Numbered from the stretch's first letter, positions 1 through 8,532 are shown. The stretch: 15,009 nt of DNA from Promethearchaeota archaeon (GCA_048940645.1 JBHLOI010000073.1:1-15009); one strand, 5' to 3'. Program-made: numbers and translations. The notes: generated from the letters alone by a model not told the origin.

Positions 1-516
1 AAGTTCAGGAATTTTAAATAATAAATGTTTTGTGTTGGAAGACTGTTTAATATCTCCATTTACTTTTAATTCGATATTTAGATTGTGGGGATCCTTTATT
101 TCATTAATTCCCTTTATTATGGGACCAATAGGACCAAAGGTATCAAAGGATTTAGAGCGAAACCAAGGTAATTTTGAAACAATATCTTTTACCTGCATTT
201 TTCTTGCAGTAACATCGTTAAAAACAGTGTAACCAAGTATATATTTATATGCATCATCTTGACTTACATATTTACACTTTTCTTTTATAATAAAAGCTAA
301 TTCTACTTCATAATCTACTCGGTTATATTTACGATTATTATATAACCATTTGGGATAAATAATGGGGTCTTTATCTAATATTAAACAGTTTGGAGTCTTT
401 GGAAATAAAACCGGCTCATTAGGTATATCTGATTTAGTTTCTTCAATATGATCCATATAATTTGTACCAACACAAATTATTTTAGTAGGATTAATATTTT
501 TATCTCCAATTTTCAT
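1..516 (-). CDS. Fumarylacetoacetate hydrolase (FAH) family protein, 3' end runs off the window
   Basis: Not in the ORF track. Hand translation of the minus strand from ATG at 516 gives MKIGDKNINPTKIICVGTNYMDHIEETKSDIPNEPVLFPKTPNCL...RVDYEVELAFII...ILGYTVFNDVTARKMQ...PWFRSKSFDTFGPIGP...LKVNGDIKQSSNTKHLLFKIPEL. It is open to base 1. KIICVGxNY, DYEVEL, NDVTAR and KSFDTF are hallmark FAH motifs. A purine-rich AGGGAGA lies upstream. Confidence 0.95.
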   Translation of the reverse strand, partial: MKIGDKNINPTKIICVGTNYMDHIEETKSDIPNEPVLFPKTPNCLILDKDPIIYPKWLYNNRKYNRVDYEVELAFIIKEKCKYVSQDDAYKYILGYTVFNDVTARKMQVKDIVSKLPWFRSKSFDTFGPIGPIIKGINEIKDPHNLNIELKVNGDIKQSSNTKHLLFKIPEL

Positions 517-703
517 AATTTCATTTATCTCCCTAAAAATAATTTACTTAATAAATAAGAACCTACAAGTCTTTCAAATTAGAAGAAAAAACACGCTATG
601 CATTTAAATAACGTTTATATTTTAAAGATAATTACTTTTCAGATAATTATAATTAGTATCAAAAATATATTTTATAGATTAACTATATAGTTAATTGATT
701 AGT

Positions 704-1243
704 ATGAGTGAAAGAGATACTAAATTGACATTAAAAATTGCAATGACAGCAATTTTTATAGCTTTAGGAGTTGTATTAAGTTATCTTAATCCATTCGGAT
801 ACTTCTTAATATTTGGAACGAAAATTAATCCTTTTGCACATCTAATAAATGCTATAACAGGTGTATTGTTAGGTATAATTTTTTCATTCACAACCGCCTT
901 AGGAATAGCAATTATACGGTTTTCAGTTGGTATTGGTACAATTCATGCTTTTCATGGAGGAATTTCAGGAGCAATCTTAGTGAGTACAATAGCTTATTTT
1001 TTAAGAAAAAAGAAGCCTAAATACACTAATTTGGCAGCTCTATTTGAACCAATAGGGACTGTCTTTATAGGGGGAACTATAGGTTATTTAGTCTCTCCTA
1101 TCGGTGATTCTCTAATTTTGGGATTAATAACTTATTGGTGGTTATTCTTTTTAAGCTCTGTTACTGGAAGTATAATAGGATTTATGATTTTGATTATTTT
1201 AAATAAGGCAGGTTATAGTTGGGAAATCTTTCTTTTAACTTAA
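704..1243 (+). CDS. thiW: ECF transporter S-component, ThiW-like (thiazole/thiamine-precursor uptake)
   Basis: Hydrophobic protein of about 180 aa with roughly 5-6 TM segments. Motifs AIFIALGVVLS, PFAHLINAITGVLLG, GIGTIHAFHGGISGA and EPIGTVFIGG match the ThiW pattern (PxQHxINVxxGVLLG, GTxxAFPGSxxGA, ExxGTGxIG). ATG at 704 preferred over TTG at 695. Confidence 0.8.
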   Translation: MSERDTKLTLKIAMTAIFIALGVVLSYLNPFGYFLIFGTKINPFAHLINAITGVLLGIIFSFTTALGIAIIRFSVGIGTIHAFHGGISGAILVSTIAYFLRKKKPKYTNLAALFEPIGTVFIGGTIGYLVSPIGDSLILGLITYWWLFFLSSVTGSIIGFMILIILNKAGYSWEIFLLT

Positions 1244-1263
1244 ATAAATTTAAAAAGAAATTT

Positions 1264-1851
1264 ATGAGATTTATTAATAATTTAGATTTTCAAAAATTTA
1301 TCGGGCGACATACATTATTATATGGGGAGCCAAATACTCAAAAAACCTATTTGACAGCGAAGTTTGTAGAATTTCTTTTAAAATTAGAAAAGGTTGCTCC
1401 TAAAGAAATTTCAATATTAGATTTTGCCCCTAAATTAAGTTGCATTAATAAATTAAGAATAGGAGGTAGAATTCGAGATTTTTATAAGGATAGTAAAAAA
1501 TGTAATTATATTAAATTCAAGGGAGAAATTATACCCTCTCGACTAAAAGCAAGAAATAAAAACGAGCTTTATAAAAATTTATGCCATAACCATGAAATAA
1601 CATCTTATCTTTTACAAAAATTTAATGATAATCCTACCAGTGTTTTAATAATTAATGATATTTCAATTTATCTCCATTTAGGAGACAAAGTATATATTTT
1701 AAACACTATAAATAGGGCTAAAACTTTTTTTGGTAATTCTTATTTCGGTTATTCAATTAAAAAAAACTATTCAAAACTTTTGAATATCAAGGAACGTAAA
1801 CGAGTTGAGTTTTTAATAAAAAACATTGAAAATTCAATAAAAACAAACTAA
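1264..1851 (+). CDS. Hypothetical small P-loop NTPase-like protein with a degenerate Walker A
   Basis: HTLLYGEPNTQKT resembles hhhhGxxxxGKT with G replaced by Q. ISILDFAP and VLIINDIS resemble the following strand and a Walker B. ATG at 1264 avoids overlap with thiW. Confidence 0.6.
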   Translation: MRFINNLDFQKFIGRHTLLYGEPNTQKTYLTAKFVEFLLKLEKVAPKEISILDFAPKLSCINKLRIGGRIRDFYKDSKKCNYIKFKGEIIPSRLKARNKNELYKNLCHNHEITSYLLQKFNDNPTSVLIINDISIYLHLGDKVYILNTINRAKTFFGNSYFGYSIKKNYSKLLNIKERKRVEFLIKNIENSIKTN

Positions 1852-2003
1852 TTTTAAAAAATATACTCTTATTATTAACTACTTCTTTATAAATAATTAC
1901 AGATAAACTTAAATTTCTAATATAAATCTTCTATAAGTATAAATTTCGACTTTTGAACTATTTAAATTGAAGGGAAATTGAAAACATAAGGAAGATAATT
2001 AGA

Positions 2004-2843
2004 ATGGATAGTTTAAAGGATAAAGTATTATTTATTACCGGTGCAAGTCGTGGCATAGGCAAGGCAATTGCTCTACGAGCGGCAAATGATGGTGCAAAAA
2101 TTGCAGTGGTCGCAAAAACAGCAGAACCCCATCCTAAATTGCCCGGTACAGTATATACTGCTGTTGAGGAGATCGATAAAGCTGGTGGTAAAGGACTTCC
2201 CTGTATAGCGGATATTAGATTTGAAAATCAAGTTCAAACTGCTGTTAATGCTACTATTGAGGAATTTGGCGGGATTGATATATTAATAAATGATGCAAGC
2301 GCTATTACTTTATCTCCCACCTTAGAAACTAGTATGAAAAGATTTGATCTTATGTTTTCAGTTAATGTTCGTGGTACATTTTTATGTTCAAAACTTTGTA
2401 TCCCGTATTTAAAAAAATCAGATAACCCCCATATACTGAATCTTTCTCCGCCATTAAATATGGATCCAAAATGGTTTGCGAATCATGTCGCTTATACGAT
2501 GTCTAAATATGGAATGAGTATGTGTGTTCTTGGTATGGCTGAAGAGTTTAAGAAAGATGGAATTGCTGTGAATGCATTGTGGCCTCGTACAGCTATTGCC
2601 ACGGCGGCAGTTAAAAACTTGTTAGGAGGAAAAGCCGCTGTGAATCATTCACGTAAACCAGAAATTGTCGCAGACGCAGCTTATTTGATTCTTACAAAAC
2701 CGAGTCGAGAATATACTGGGAACTTCTTCATAGATGATGAAGTTTTAATCGAACATGGAGTTACTGATCTTGGAAAATATTCAGTTGTTCCCGGTTCTAA
2801 ACTTATCCCAGACTTCTTTCTTTATGGTGGTGGGCAAACTTAA
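2004..2843 (+). CDS. NAD(P)-dependent short-chain dehydrogenase/reductase, HSDL2-like subfamily
   Basis: TGASRGIG cofactor motif, YTMSK catalytic YxxxK, and subfamily signatures AKTAEPHPKLPGT, HILNLSPPLN, VNALWPRTAIATAA, TGNFFIDD, PDFF. Confidence 0.95.
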   Translation: MDSLKDKVLFITGASRGIGKAIALRAANDGAKIAVVAKTAEPHPKLPGTVYTAVEEIDKAGGKGLPCIADIRFENQVQTAVNATIEEFGGIDILINDASAITLSPTLETSMKRFDLMFSVNVRGTFLCSKLCIPYLKKSDNPHILNLSPPLNMDPKWFANHVAYTMSKYGMSMCVLGMAEEFKKDGIAVNALWPRTAIATAAVKNLLGGKAAVNHSRKPEIVADAAYLILTKPSREYTGNFFIDDEVLIEHGVTDLGKYSVVPGSKLIPDFFLYGGGQT

Positions 2844-2887
2844 ATAGGAACTATAACATTTATAAAGAATGACATCAAAGTAAGTTT

Positions 2888-4150
2888 ATGTCAAAAATAG
2901 ATGCTTTAGCTAAAAAAAAAGATGAAGAATTAAAAGATACAAAATTAAAGTCAGGTAGGTATCAGTGGTTTATCGTAATATTTATGGGTTTAGTCGGTTT
3001 CATGGATAATAATTTGAATTTAATGGAAGGACAAGTAGTTCCTTTTATACTTCTAGAGTATGGTCTACCTTCTACTGATTATTTTGCTTTTTGGCAGGGA
3101 ATTTTTGGTATTGCTACATTTTCAGTCTTTATTTTATCTTGGTTTACAGATGCCTTCGGAAGAAAAAAGGGAACCTTAGTATTAATACTTTTAATGGGTA
3201 TTCCAGCATTTTTAATAATTTTCTTAACACCTGATATATGGAGTTTTTATATTTTGTATACGATCCTTATAACTGGTACAGTAAGCAATTTATGGGAGAT
3301 ACCAGTAAGTGAAGAATCTCCTGCCAAGAAAAGAGCCCTTTATGGAGGTGTGGCAACCTTAATAAGCCTTATACCGCTTGCTGCTATTATAGGAGATGAC
3401 ATTGCAGATGCTTTAGGTTGGCGATGGAGCTATGGGATCTTCTTTTTTGTTATGATAGGATTATTAATTATGCTGTATTTCATGAAAGAACCTCAGAGAT
3501 GGTTAGATGCCAAGGAAGAAAGAGGGCATGAATACCTTAAAATGAAAAAAGCAATAAAGTCGTTTAATAAAAAAGATTGGATATATGCCATTATGGCATT
3601 CATAGTTTATGGTATTTGGGCAATTGGTTTAAAAGTAGGAAATACATGGGCCCGTCAATATTATCTTGAAACTTCACCTTTAGTATGGTATCCTCAATGG
3701 AATACGATCATATTAGTTGCAGGTCTTATGCTTTTAGTAGGTGCGATTGTATCTGGTATAATTATGGATAAAATCTCAAGAAAAGTGACTCTTATTTTTA
3801 GTACTATTGGCTCAGTTTTGGGATTTATCTTATTGGGAATTACAGGACATCCTGTAGCCTTGTGGGTTGCATACTTCTCTATGACAGTTTTGTTTACCTG
3901 GATTATGGTTTATTTTGCTGAAGTCTTTCGAACAGAAATTAGAACTACTGGTATGGGGATAGCTTCGTTAGGTACAAGAATTTCTTATGTATTTGGTCCT
4001 TTGATAGCTGCAGCAATGTTAGCAACTTTAGATTGGGTATGGTTTTGGATTATTCCAGGGTTATTGTTGATAATACCTCTTTTCATTTTATTCTTGAAAC
4101 CTTATGAAACAAGAGGTAAAACTCTAGAGGAAATTCAAGAAGAAAGATAG
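2888..4150 (+). CDS. Major facilitator superfamily transporter (sugar/organic-acid porter-like)
   Basis: 420 aa with about 12 hydrophobic segments. Motif A-like sequences in both halves (TDAFGRKK, MDKISRK), plus EESPAKKRA, AEVFRTEIRTTG and a C-terminal ETRGKTLEEI. Confidence 0.92.
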   Translation: MSKIDALAKKKDEELKDTKLKSGRYQWFIVIFMGLVGFMDNNLNLMEGQVVPFILLEYGLPSTDYFAFWQGIFGIATFSVFILSWFTDAFGRKKGTLVLILLMGIPAFLIIFLTPDIWSFYILYTILITGTVSNLWEIPVSEESPAKKRALYGGVATLISLIPLAAIIGDDIADALGWRWSYGIFFFVMIGLLIMLYFMKEPQRWLDAKEERGHEYLKMKKAIKSFNKKDWIYAIMAFIVYGIWAIGLKVGNTWARQYYLETSPLVWYPQWNTIILVAGLMLLVGAIVSGIIMDKISRKVTLIFSTIGSVLGFILLGITGHPVALWVAYFSMTVLFTWIMVYFAEVFRTEIRTTGMGIASLGTRISYVFGPLIAAAMLATLDWVWFWIIPGLLLIIPLFILFLKPYETRGKTLEEIQEER

Positions 4151-4158
4151 AGAATTAA

Positions 4159-4176
4159 TTTTCTTTTTATTTTTTT
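4159..4176 (+). terminator. Oligo-T tract, putative archaeal-type terminator after the MFS gene
   Basis: TTTTCTTTTTATTTTTTT starts 9 nt after the stop codon at 4150, with no GC hairpin. Confidence 0.4.
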
Positions 4177-4256
4177 AATTTATTTAATAAAATTATTAAT
4201 TGTTATAAATTTAGAAATCAATAACTGTAAACAAATTTAATAATTGTGAAGTAAGT

Positions 4257-4910
4257 ATGAAAAGAATAGTTCTTTTTGGACCACCTGGAGCGGGTAAGGG
4301 CACTTTTTCATCACAAATCCGCAAAGTTTTTCCCGAAATCGAACATATTAGCACAGGTGATATATTTAGGGAGAATTTAAAAAATAAAACACCTCTTGGT
4401 TTAAAGGCAAAAAGTTATATGGATAAGGGAGAATTAGTCCCGGATAGTTTAACTAATGAATTAGTAAAAGATAGATTAGAAAAAATTGGTGGTAAATCAT
4501 GGCTTCTGGATGGTTACCCAAGAAATTTAAAACAAGCAGAATTTTTAGATAAAATTACAAATGTAGATTTATTACTACTATTGGAAGTTGGCAGAGATGT
4601 GATAAAGAAAAGAATCCTCGGAAGATTTGGCTGTCCTGAATGCGGTGAGATTTACAATAAATATACGCTGCAACCAAAAGTCCAAACGGGGGAGAACAAA
4701 TGGACATGCGATAAATGCGGAGCGGAAATAGAATTCAAACAAAGAAGCGATGACACTGAAGAGACGCTAAAAAACCGCTTAGACGCATATGAAAAGAACA
4801 CCAAACCTGTAATTGAATATTACGAAAAAAAAGGATTAGTGAAAAAAGTTGATGCAAAAAATACACTGGATTTAACTGAAGATGATATAAAAAAAATATT
4901 AATACTATAA
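4257..4910 (+). CDS. adk: Adenylate kinase, bacterial-type long form with zinc-binding LID
   Basis: GPPGAGKGT P-loop, HISTGDIFR, GELVPD, LLDGYPRNLKQA, LID with CPEC...CDKC, and QRSDD. Confidence 0.95.
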   Translation: MKRIVLFGPPGAGKGTFSSQIRKVFPEIEHISTGDIFRENLKNKTPLGLKAKSYMDKGELVPDSLTNELVKDRLEKIGGKSWLLDGYPRNLKQAEFLDKITNVDLLLLLEVGRDVIKKRILGRFGCPECGEIYNKYTLQPKVQTGENKWTCDKCGAEIEFKQRSDDTEETLKNRLDAYEKNTKPVIEYYEKKGLVKKVDAKNTLDLTEDDIKKILIL

Positions 4911-4943
4911 ATTTATTTTTCTTACTTTTCTTTCAATAATATA

Positions 4944-5693
4944 ATGAAATACAATATTTGTATACCAATTCCGATTAAATCTAATAACTTAGCAGAAATT
5001 AAAGAATTAATCGATAGAGCCTTGCTATTCAATCCTGAGTTTATTGAACTTAGGTTTGATTATATTGATATATTTCAAAATATAACAGAAGATTTTATTG
5101 AGAGTTTAAAAACTTTCATTAAAAATAAAAGTAGTCTTATTTTAACATTTAGACATCACTCTGAAGGAGGACAAATCAAAATTGATGAGCATGAAAGATT
5201 AAAAGCTTTAAAAATGTTAATGGATAGTCAACCAGACTTTTTTGATATAGAAATGAATTCAGCTATAGAAACTCTTAGTAGCATTATAAGTTTGTCTTAT
5301 ATGAAAAAAGTAAATTTAATCTTTTCCTATCATAATTTTGAAAAAACTCTTACAAATAAAATGGCGAAAGAAATAATTTTGAGATTTGAAGAACGAATAA
5401 TTAAAAACGAGTTAAATGAATTTGATATTTTGGGTAAAAGTATATATAAGCTTATTTTTACGGCCCAGAATTTTGAAGATAATTTAGTTGCTTTAGAACT
5501 TTGTAAAGAAATTTCAAAAAATAACAAAAAAGTAATTTCTTTTTGCATGGGTGAATTAGGGATATTATCAAGAATATTGAACATAAAATCAGGTTCATTT
5601 CTTACTTATGCTGCATTGGAAGAACCAACAGCACCAGGACAAATAAAAATTGATACACTCCAACAAATATATAAATTATTATTTAATGATTAG
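4944..5693 (+). CDS. aroD: Type I 3-dehydroquinate dehydratase
   Basis: IELRFDY, ILTFRHHSEGG, FDIE, FSYHNF (catalytic His), YKL (Schiff-base Lys position), MGELGILSR and TAPGQI. Confidence 0.93.
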   Translation: MKYNICIPIPIKSNNLAEIKELIDRALLFNPEFIELRFDYIDIFQNITEDFIESLKTFIKNKSSLILTFRHHSEGGQIKIDEHERLKALKMLMDSQPDFFDIEMNSAIETLSSIISLSYMKKVNLIFSYHNFEKTLTNKMAKEIILRFEERIIKNELNEFDILGKSIYKLIFTAQNFEDNLVALELCKEISKNNKKVISFCMGELGILSRILNIKSGSFLTYAALEEPTAPGQIKIDTLQQIYKLLFND

Positions 5694-5760
5694 CTTATTT
5701 TAACCTATTATATTAAACAAATACTGAAAATTAAAATATCCCTACCCTATATTGAATTAT

Positions 5761-6963
5761 ATGGTTGTTCATTTCGCATTTTTATTTCATATATATCAAC
5801 CACCAGTACAGATTCCTCCCGTAATTAAACAAATTGTAAATGAATCATATAAGCCTATAATGGATGCACTTAATAATCACCCTCAAGCAAAGATCACATT
5901 AAATATTAACGGAACATTAACAGAACAACTTTATGATTTCGGTTATGAGGATTTAATTGAATTGATCAACCTACTTGCATCAAGAAATCAAATAGAGTTT
6001 ACAGGATCAGGGAAGTTTCATCCTTTACTCCCCTTAATTCCCGAACCAGAAATTAAACGCCAAATTAACCTAAACAATGAGACAAATCGCCACTTTTTTG
6101 GAAAATCCTATAACCCCTATGGATTCTTTCCACCAGAAATGGCAATTTCTGATGAGGTTATTGATATAGTAAAAAAATTAGGTTTTAATTGGATAATTCT
6201 AAGTGGTATCGCAAACAAGTTACCTGAATTCCCTACAACCTTTATATCTCAGCATAAAAACGGTCTAAATTTAATTTTTCGTGATGATTATATCTCAATT
6301 GATTGTGCTTTTGATAAAATTAATAATATTGATTCATTCATTTCTAGGCTTTATTATAAACATACATCAGATGATTATTATGTTATTCTTGCTATGGATG
6401 GCGAAACCTTTGGACATCACGTCAAACATGCCATCAACAATTTTTTAATCCCGCTATTTGAGAGCATACCTCATAGAAATGATATCAAAATATGCACCAT
6501 TTCTGAAATCATAGAAAAATTTCCAAAGGGTCCCAAACAAACTCCTCGAGCGTCAAGTTGGTCAACAATGCCATATGACATAGCCCACGATGTTCCTTTC
6601 CCTCTCTGGTTTAACCCGAAAAATGAGATACATATAGAACAGCACCGCTTCTTTATGTATGCCCTAACTTTGATTCATTTATCTGCGAAATATAGAGAAA
6701 GTATGGACGATGAGAGAAAAAGGATTTTTGATAACGCCCGAAATTTACTTGATAGGGGAATTCATAGTTGTCAACAATGGTGGGCGTCGGCTCGCCCCTG
6801 GTACAGTCCAGAAATGATCCTACGCGGACTAAATGAAGTATTAATGGCAAGCGTTAACGCTAAACGTAGTATTCCTGAGGATGTACCTGACATTAAAGAA
6901 GCTATGGAATTAATTATGGAGGATATGTTAAAAGCTCAGAATAAAATAGTATTGACACTCTAA
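5761..6963 (+). CDS. Glycoside hydrolase family 57 (alpha-amylase/amylopullulanase-like)
   Basis: FHIYQP, ESYKP, HPLLPLI, GFFPPEMA (nucleophile Glu), AMDGETFGHH (acid/base Asp), SSWS and HSCQQWW. ATG at 5761. Confidence 0.9.
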   Translation: MVVHFAFLFHIYQPPVQIPPVIKQIVNESYKPIMDALNNHPQAKITLNINGTLTEQLYDFGYEDLIELINLLASRNQIEFTGSGKFHPLLPLIPEPEIKRQINLNNETNRHFFGKSYNPYGFFPPEMAISDEVIDIVKKLGFNWIILSGIANKLPEFPTTFISQHKNGLNLIFRDDYISIDCAFDKINNIDSFISRLYYKHTSDDYYVILAMDGETFGHHVKHAINNFLIPLFESIPHRNDIKICTISEIIEKFPKGPKQTPRASSWSTMPYDIAHDVPFPLWFNPKNEIHIEQHRFFMYALTLIHLSAKYRESMDDERKRIFDNARNLLDRGIHSCQQWWASARPWYSPEMILRGLNEVLMASVNAKRSIPEDVPDIKEAMELIMEDMLKAQNKIVLTL

Positions 6964-7019
6964 ATTCCTTAAAATTGAAAAAATAGGAAAAAGAATCAAT
7001 TAATTGTTAATTAATCTTT

Positions 7020-7193
7020 TTATTGGCTTTTATCAAAGATAGTTCCGCAACTTCCACATTTTATCCTCTTTTTATAAACTGGAGCGCCTTGCATGGAATA
7101 ATAAAGCACTTGAGTTTTATCAGGTTCTTCATGTAATTTTCTAGGATTTTCTTCTCCACAATTTCCACATCTAAAACGTTTATATTCTGTCAT
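7020..7193 (-). CDS. Small zinc-ribbon protein (57 aa), absent from the ORF track
   Basis: Hand translation: MTEYKRFRCGNCGEENPRKLHEEPDKTQVLYYSMQGAPVYKKRIKCGSCGTIFDKSQ*. Two CxxCG knuckles, ATG start, TAA stop. It is more GC-rich than the flanking spacer and fills the gap between GH57 and aroK. Confidence 0.85.
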   Translation of the reverse strand: MTEYKRFRCGNCGEENPRKLHEEPDKTQVLYYSMQGAPVYKKRIKCGSCGTIFDKSQ

Positions 7194-7302
7194 TTTTGAT
7201 TAATTTATTTTTTATAAAATAGTAAGATTTTTTGAATTTAAATATGGCTATTTGAATAAATTTTCGTAATATTATCCTTGAATTTTAACTACAAACTAAA
7301 TA

Positions 7303-7833
7303 CTATTTATTTATTTTGGTTTTAATTATAATTTCATGAACAATCTCGCTTATTTCCTTATTTACGGTATCGATTGTGATATCTGCAACAGACCTATATA
7401 ATGGTTCTCTATATTGCAAAATATTTTCAATTTCCTTCTTAGGATTTTCTTTATCTACTAATGGTCTCTTCTTTTTGCCATTCATCATTATTCTGTTATA
7501 AATTTCATCAGTGGTTGCTGTGAGCAAAACAATATGATAATTTTTTCTCAAATTTCTGATATTTGTTTCGTTTAAAACTACACCCCCTCCACATGAGACA
7601 ACTGCTTTCCTTAAGTTTGAAACTTTTTTACAAGCATCTTTTTCATAGCGTCTAAAGATTGGTTCTCCTTCTTCCTTGAAAATCTTAATTATGGATTTAC
7701 CAGCCATTTTAACAACCATTTGATCAGTCTCTATAAATTGATAATCGTTTCCTAATTGTTTTACTAATTCTTTACCGATTAATGTCTTACCCGTTGCCAT
7801 AAAACCAATCAGGGCAATAGAATCCTTAGTCAT
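7303..7833 (-). CDS. aroK: Shikimate kinase, bacterial AroK/AroL (NMP-kinase fold) type
   Basis: LIGFMATGKT P-loop, FIETD, IFKEEGEPIFRRYE, VSCGGGVV, RPL and REPLY. It neighbours aroD and aroE. Confidence 0.95.
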   Translation of the reverse strand: MTKDSIALIGFMATGKTLIGKELVKQLGNDYQFIETDQMVVKMAGKSIIKIFKEEGEPIFRRYEKDACKKVSNLRKAVVSCGGGVVLNETNIRNLRKNYHIVLLTATTDEIYNRIMMNGKKKRPLVDKENPKKEIENILQYREPLYRSVADITIDTVNKEISEIVHEIIIKTKINK

Positions 7834-7884
7834 AATTCATTCAGTTATTTAATATACCTTTTGAATAAGTTAGATTAAGTTTTA

Positions 7885-8439
7885 TTAATCTTTAGTAAAA
7901 CCATGCTTTTCTAAAGCTCCTTTCATTAACCCAATATAATTTCCTGAGATATATACTAAAAAATTAAACTCATCAGGATTTAACTCATTATCTTTAACAT
8001 ATTTAGAATCTGAATGAGTAGCCACCATTTCTCCAAAATAACACACGTGTGAGCCCAGTTTAATTCGATTAATCACCTTACATTCCACATTCCATGGAAA
8101 TTCTTTTATCATAGGGATTTGAACAATAGAGGCTTGCTCTTTTGTCAAATTTAATTCTTTCCATTTATTCACATTTCTTCCTGAACGCGTGCCACAATAA
8201 TCAATTTCTTTTAATTGGTCAATCGTTGGATAGTTAATTACAAATTCACCATATTTTTCAATTAGGTAATAAGAATGACGTTTGGGTTGTATTGAGATAA
8301 CAACAGTTGGAGGTTCTAAGCAAACCTTACCTACATATGCAAGAGTAATTAAATTTGCCTCATCTCCTCTTCCTACAGAAATAACTGCTGCAGGCATAGG
8401 AAAAACAGTAATTCCTGGATCTAGAGTTACTTTTTTCAT
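7885..8439 (-). CDS. Flavin reductase family (FMN-binding split barrel, flavoredoxin-like) protein
   Basis: FPMPAAVISVG, NLITLAYVG, PPTVVISIQPKRHS, GEFVINYP, DYCGTRSGRNVNK, ECKV and LGSH. ATG at 8439, alternative TTG at 8445. Confidence 0.92.
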   Translation of the reverse strand: MKKVTLDPGITVFPMPAAVISVGRGDEANLITLAYVGKVCLEPPTVVISIQPKRHSYYLIEKYGEFVINYPTIDQLKEIDYCGTRSGRNVNKWKELNLTKEQASIVQIPMIKEFPWNVECKVINRIKLGSHVCYFGEMVATHSDSKYVKDNELNPDEFNFLVYISGNYIGLMKGALEKHGFTKD

Positions 8440-8532
8440 TTTCAAATTTCCTTCTTATTTTAGCTAAATAATTATAAATTAATTTTATCCTTAAACATAT
8501 TAATAGTTATTAACTTATAGATTAATTTGTAA

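Noticed and set aside
32-232. 66-aa ORF on the + strand
   Set aside because: Antisense shadow of the FAH-family gene.
517-703. TPP riboswitch upstream of thiW
   Set aside because: The spacer is very AT-rich and lacks the conserved GCUGAGA and ACCUGAU cores and any GC-rich stems.
1219-1263. Upstream TTG start for the P-loop-like ORF, overlapping thiW
   Set aside because: The in-frame ATG at 1264 gives a non-overlapping gene with the P-loop strand near the N-terminus. The extension is low-complexity.
5330-5584. 84-aa ORF on the - strand
   Set aside because: Entirely antisense within aroD, with no motifs.
6653-6850. 65-aa ORF on the - strand
   Set aside because: Antisense within the GH57 gene, with no motifs.
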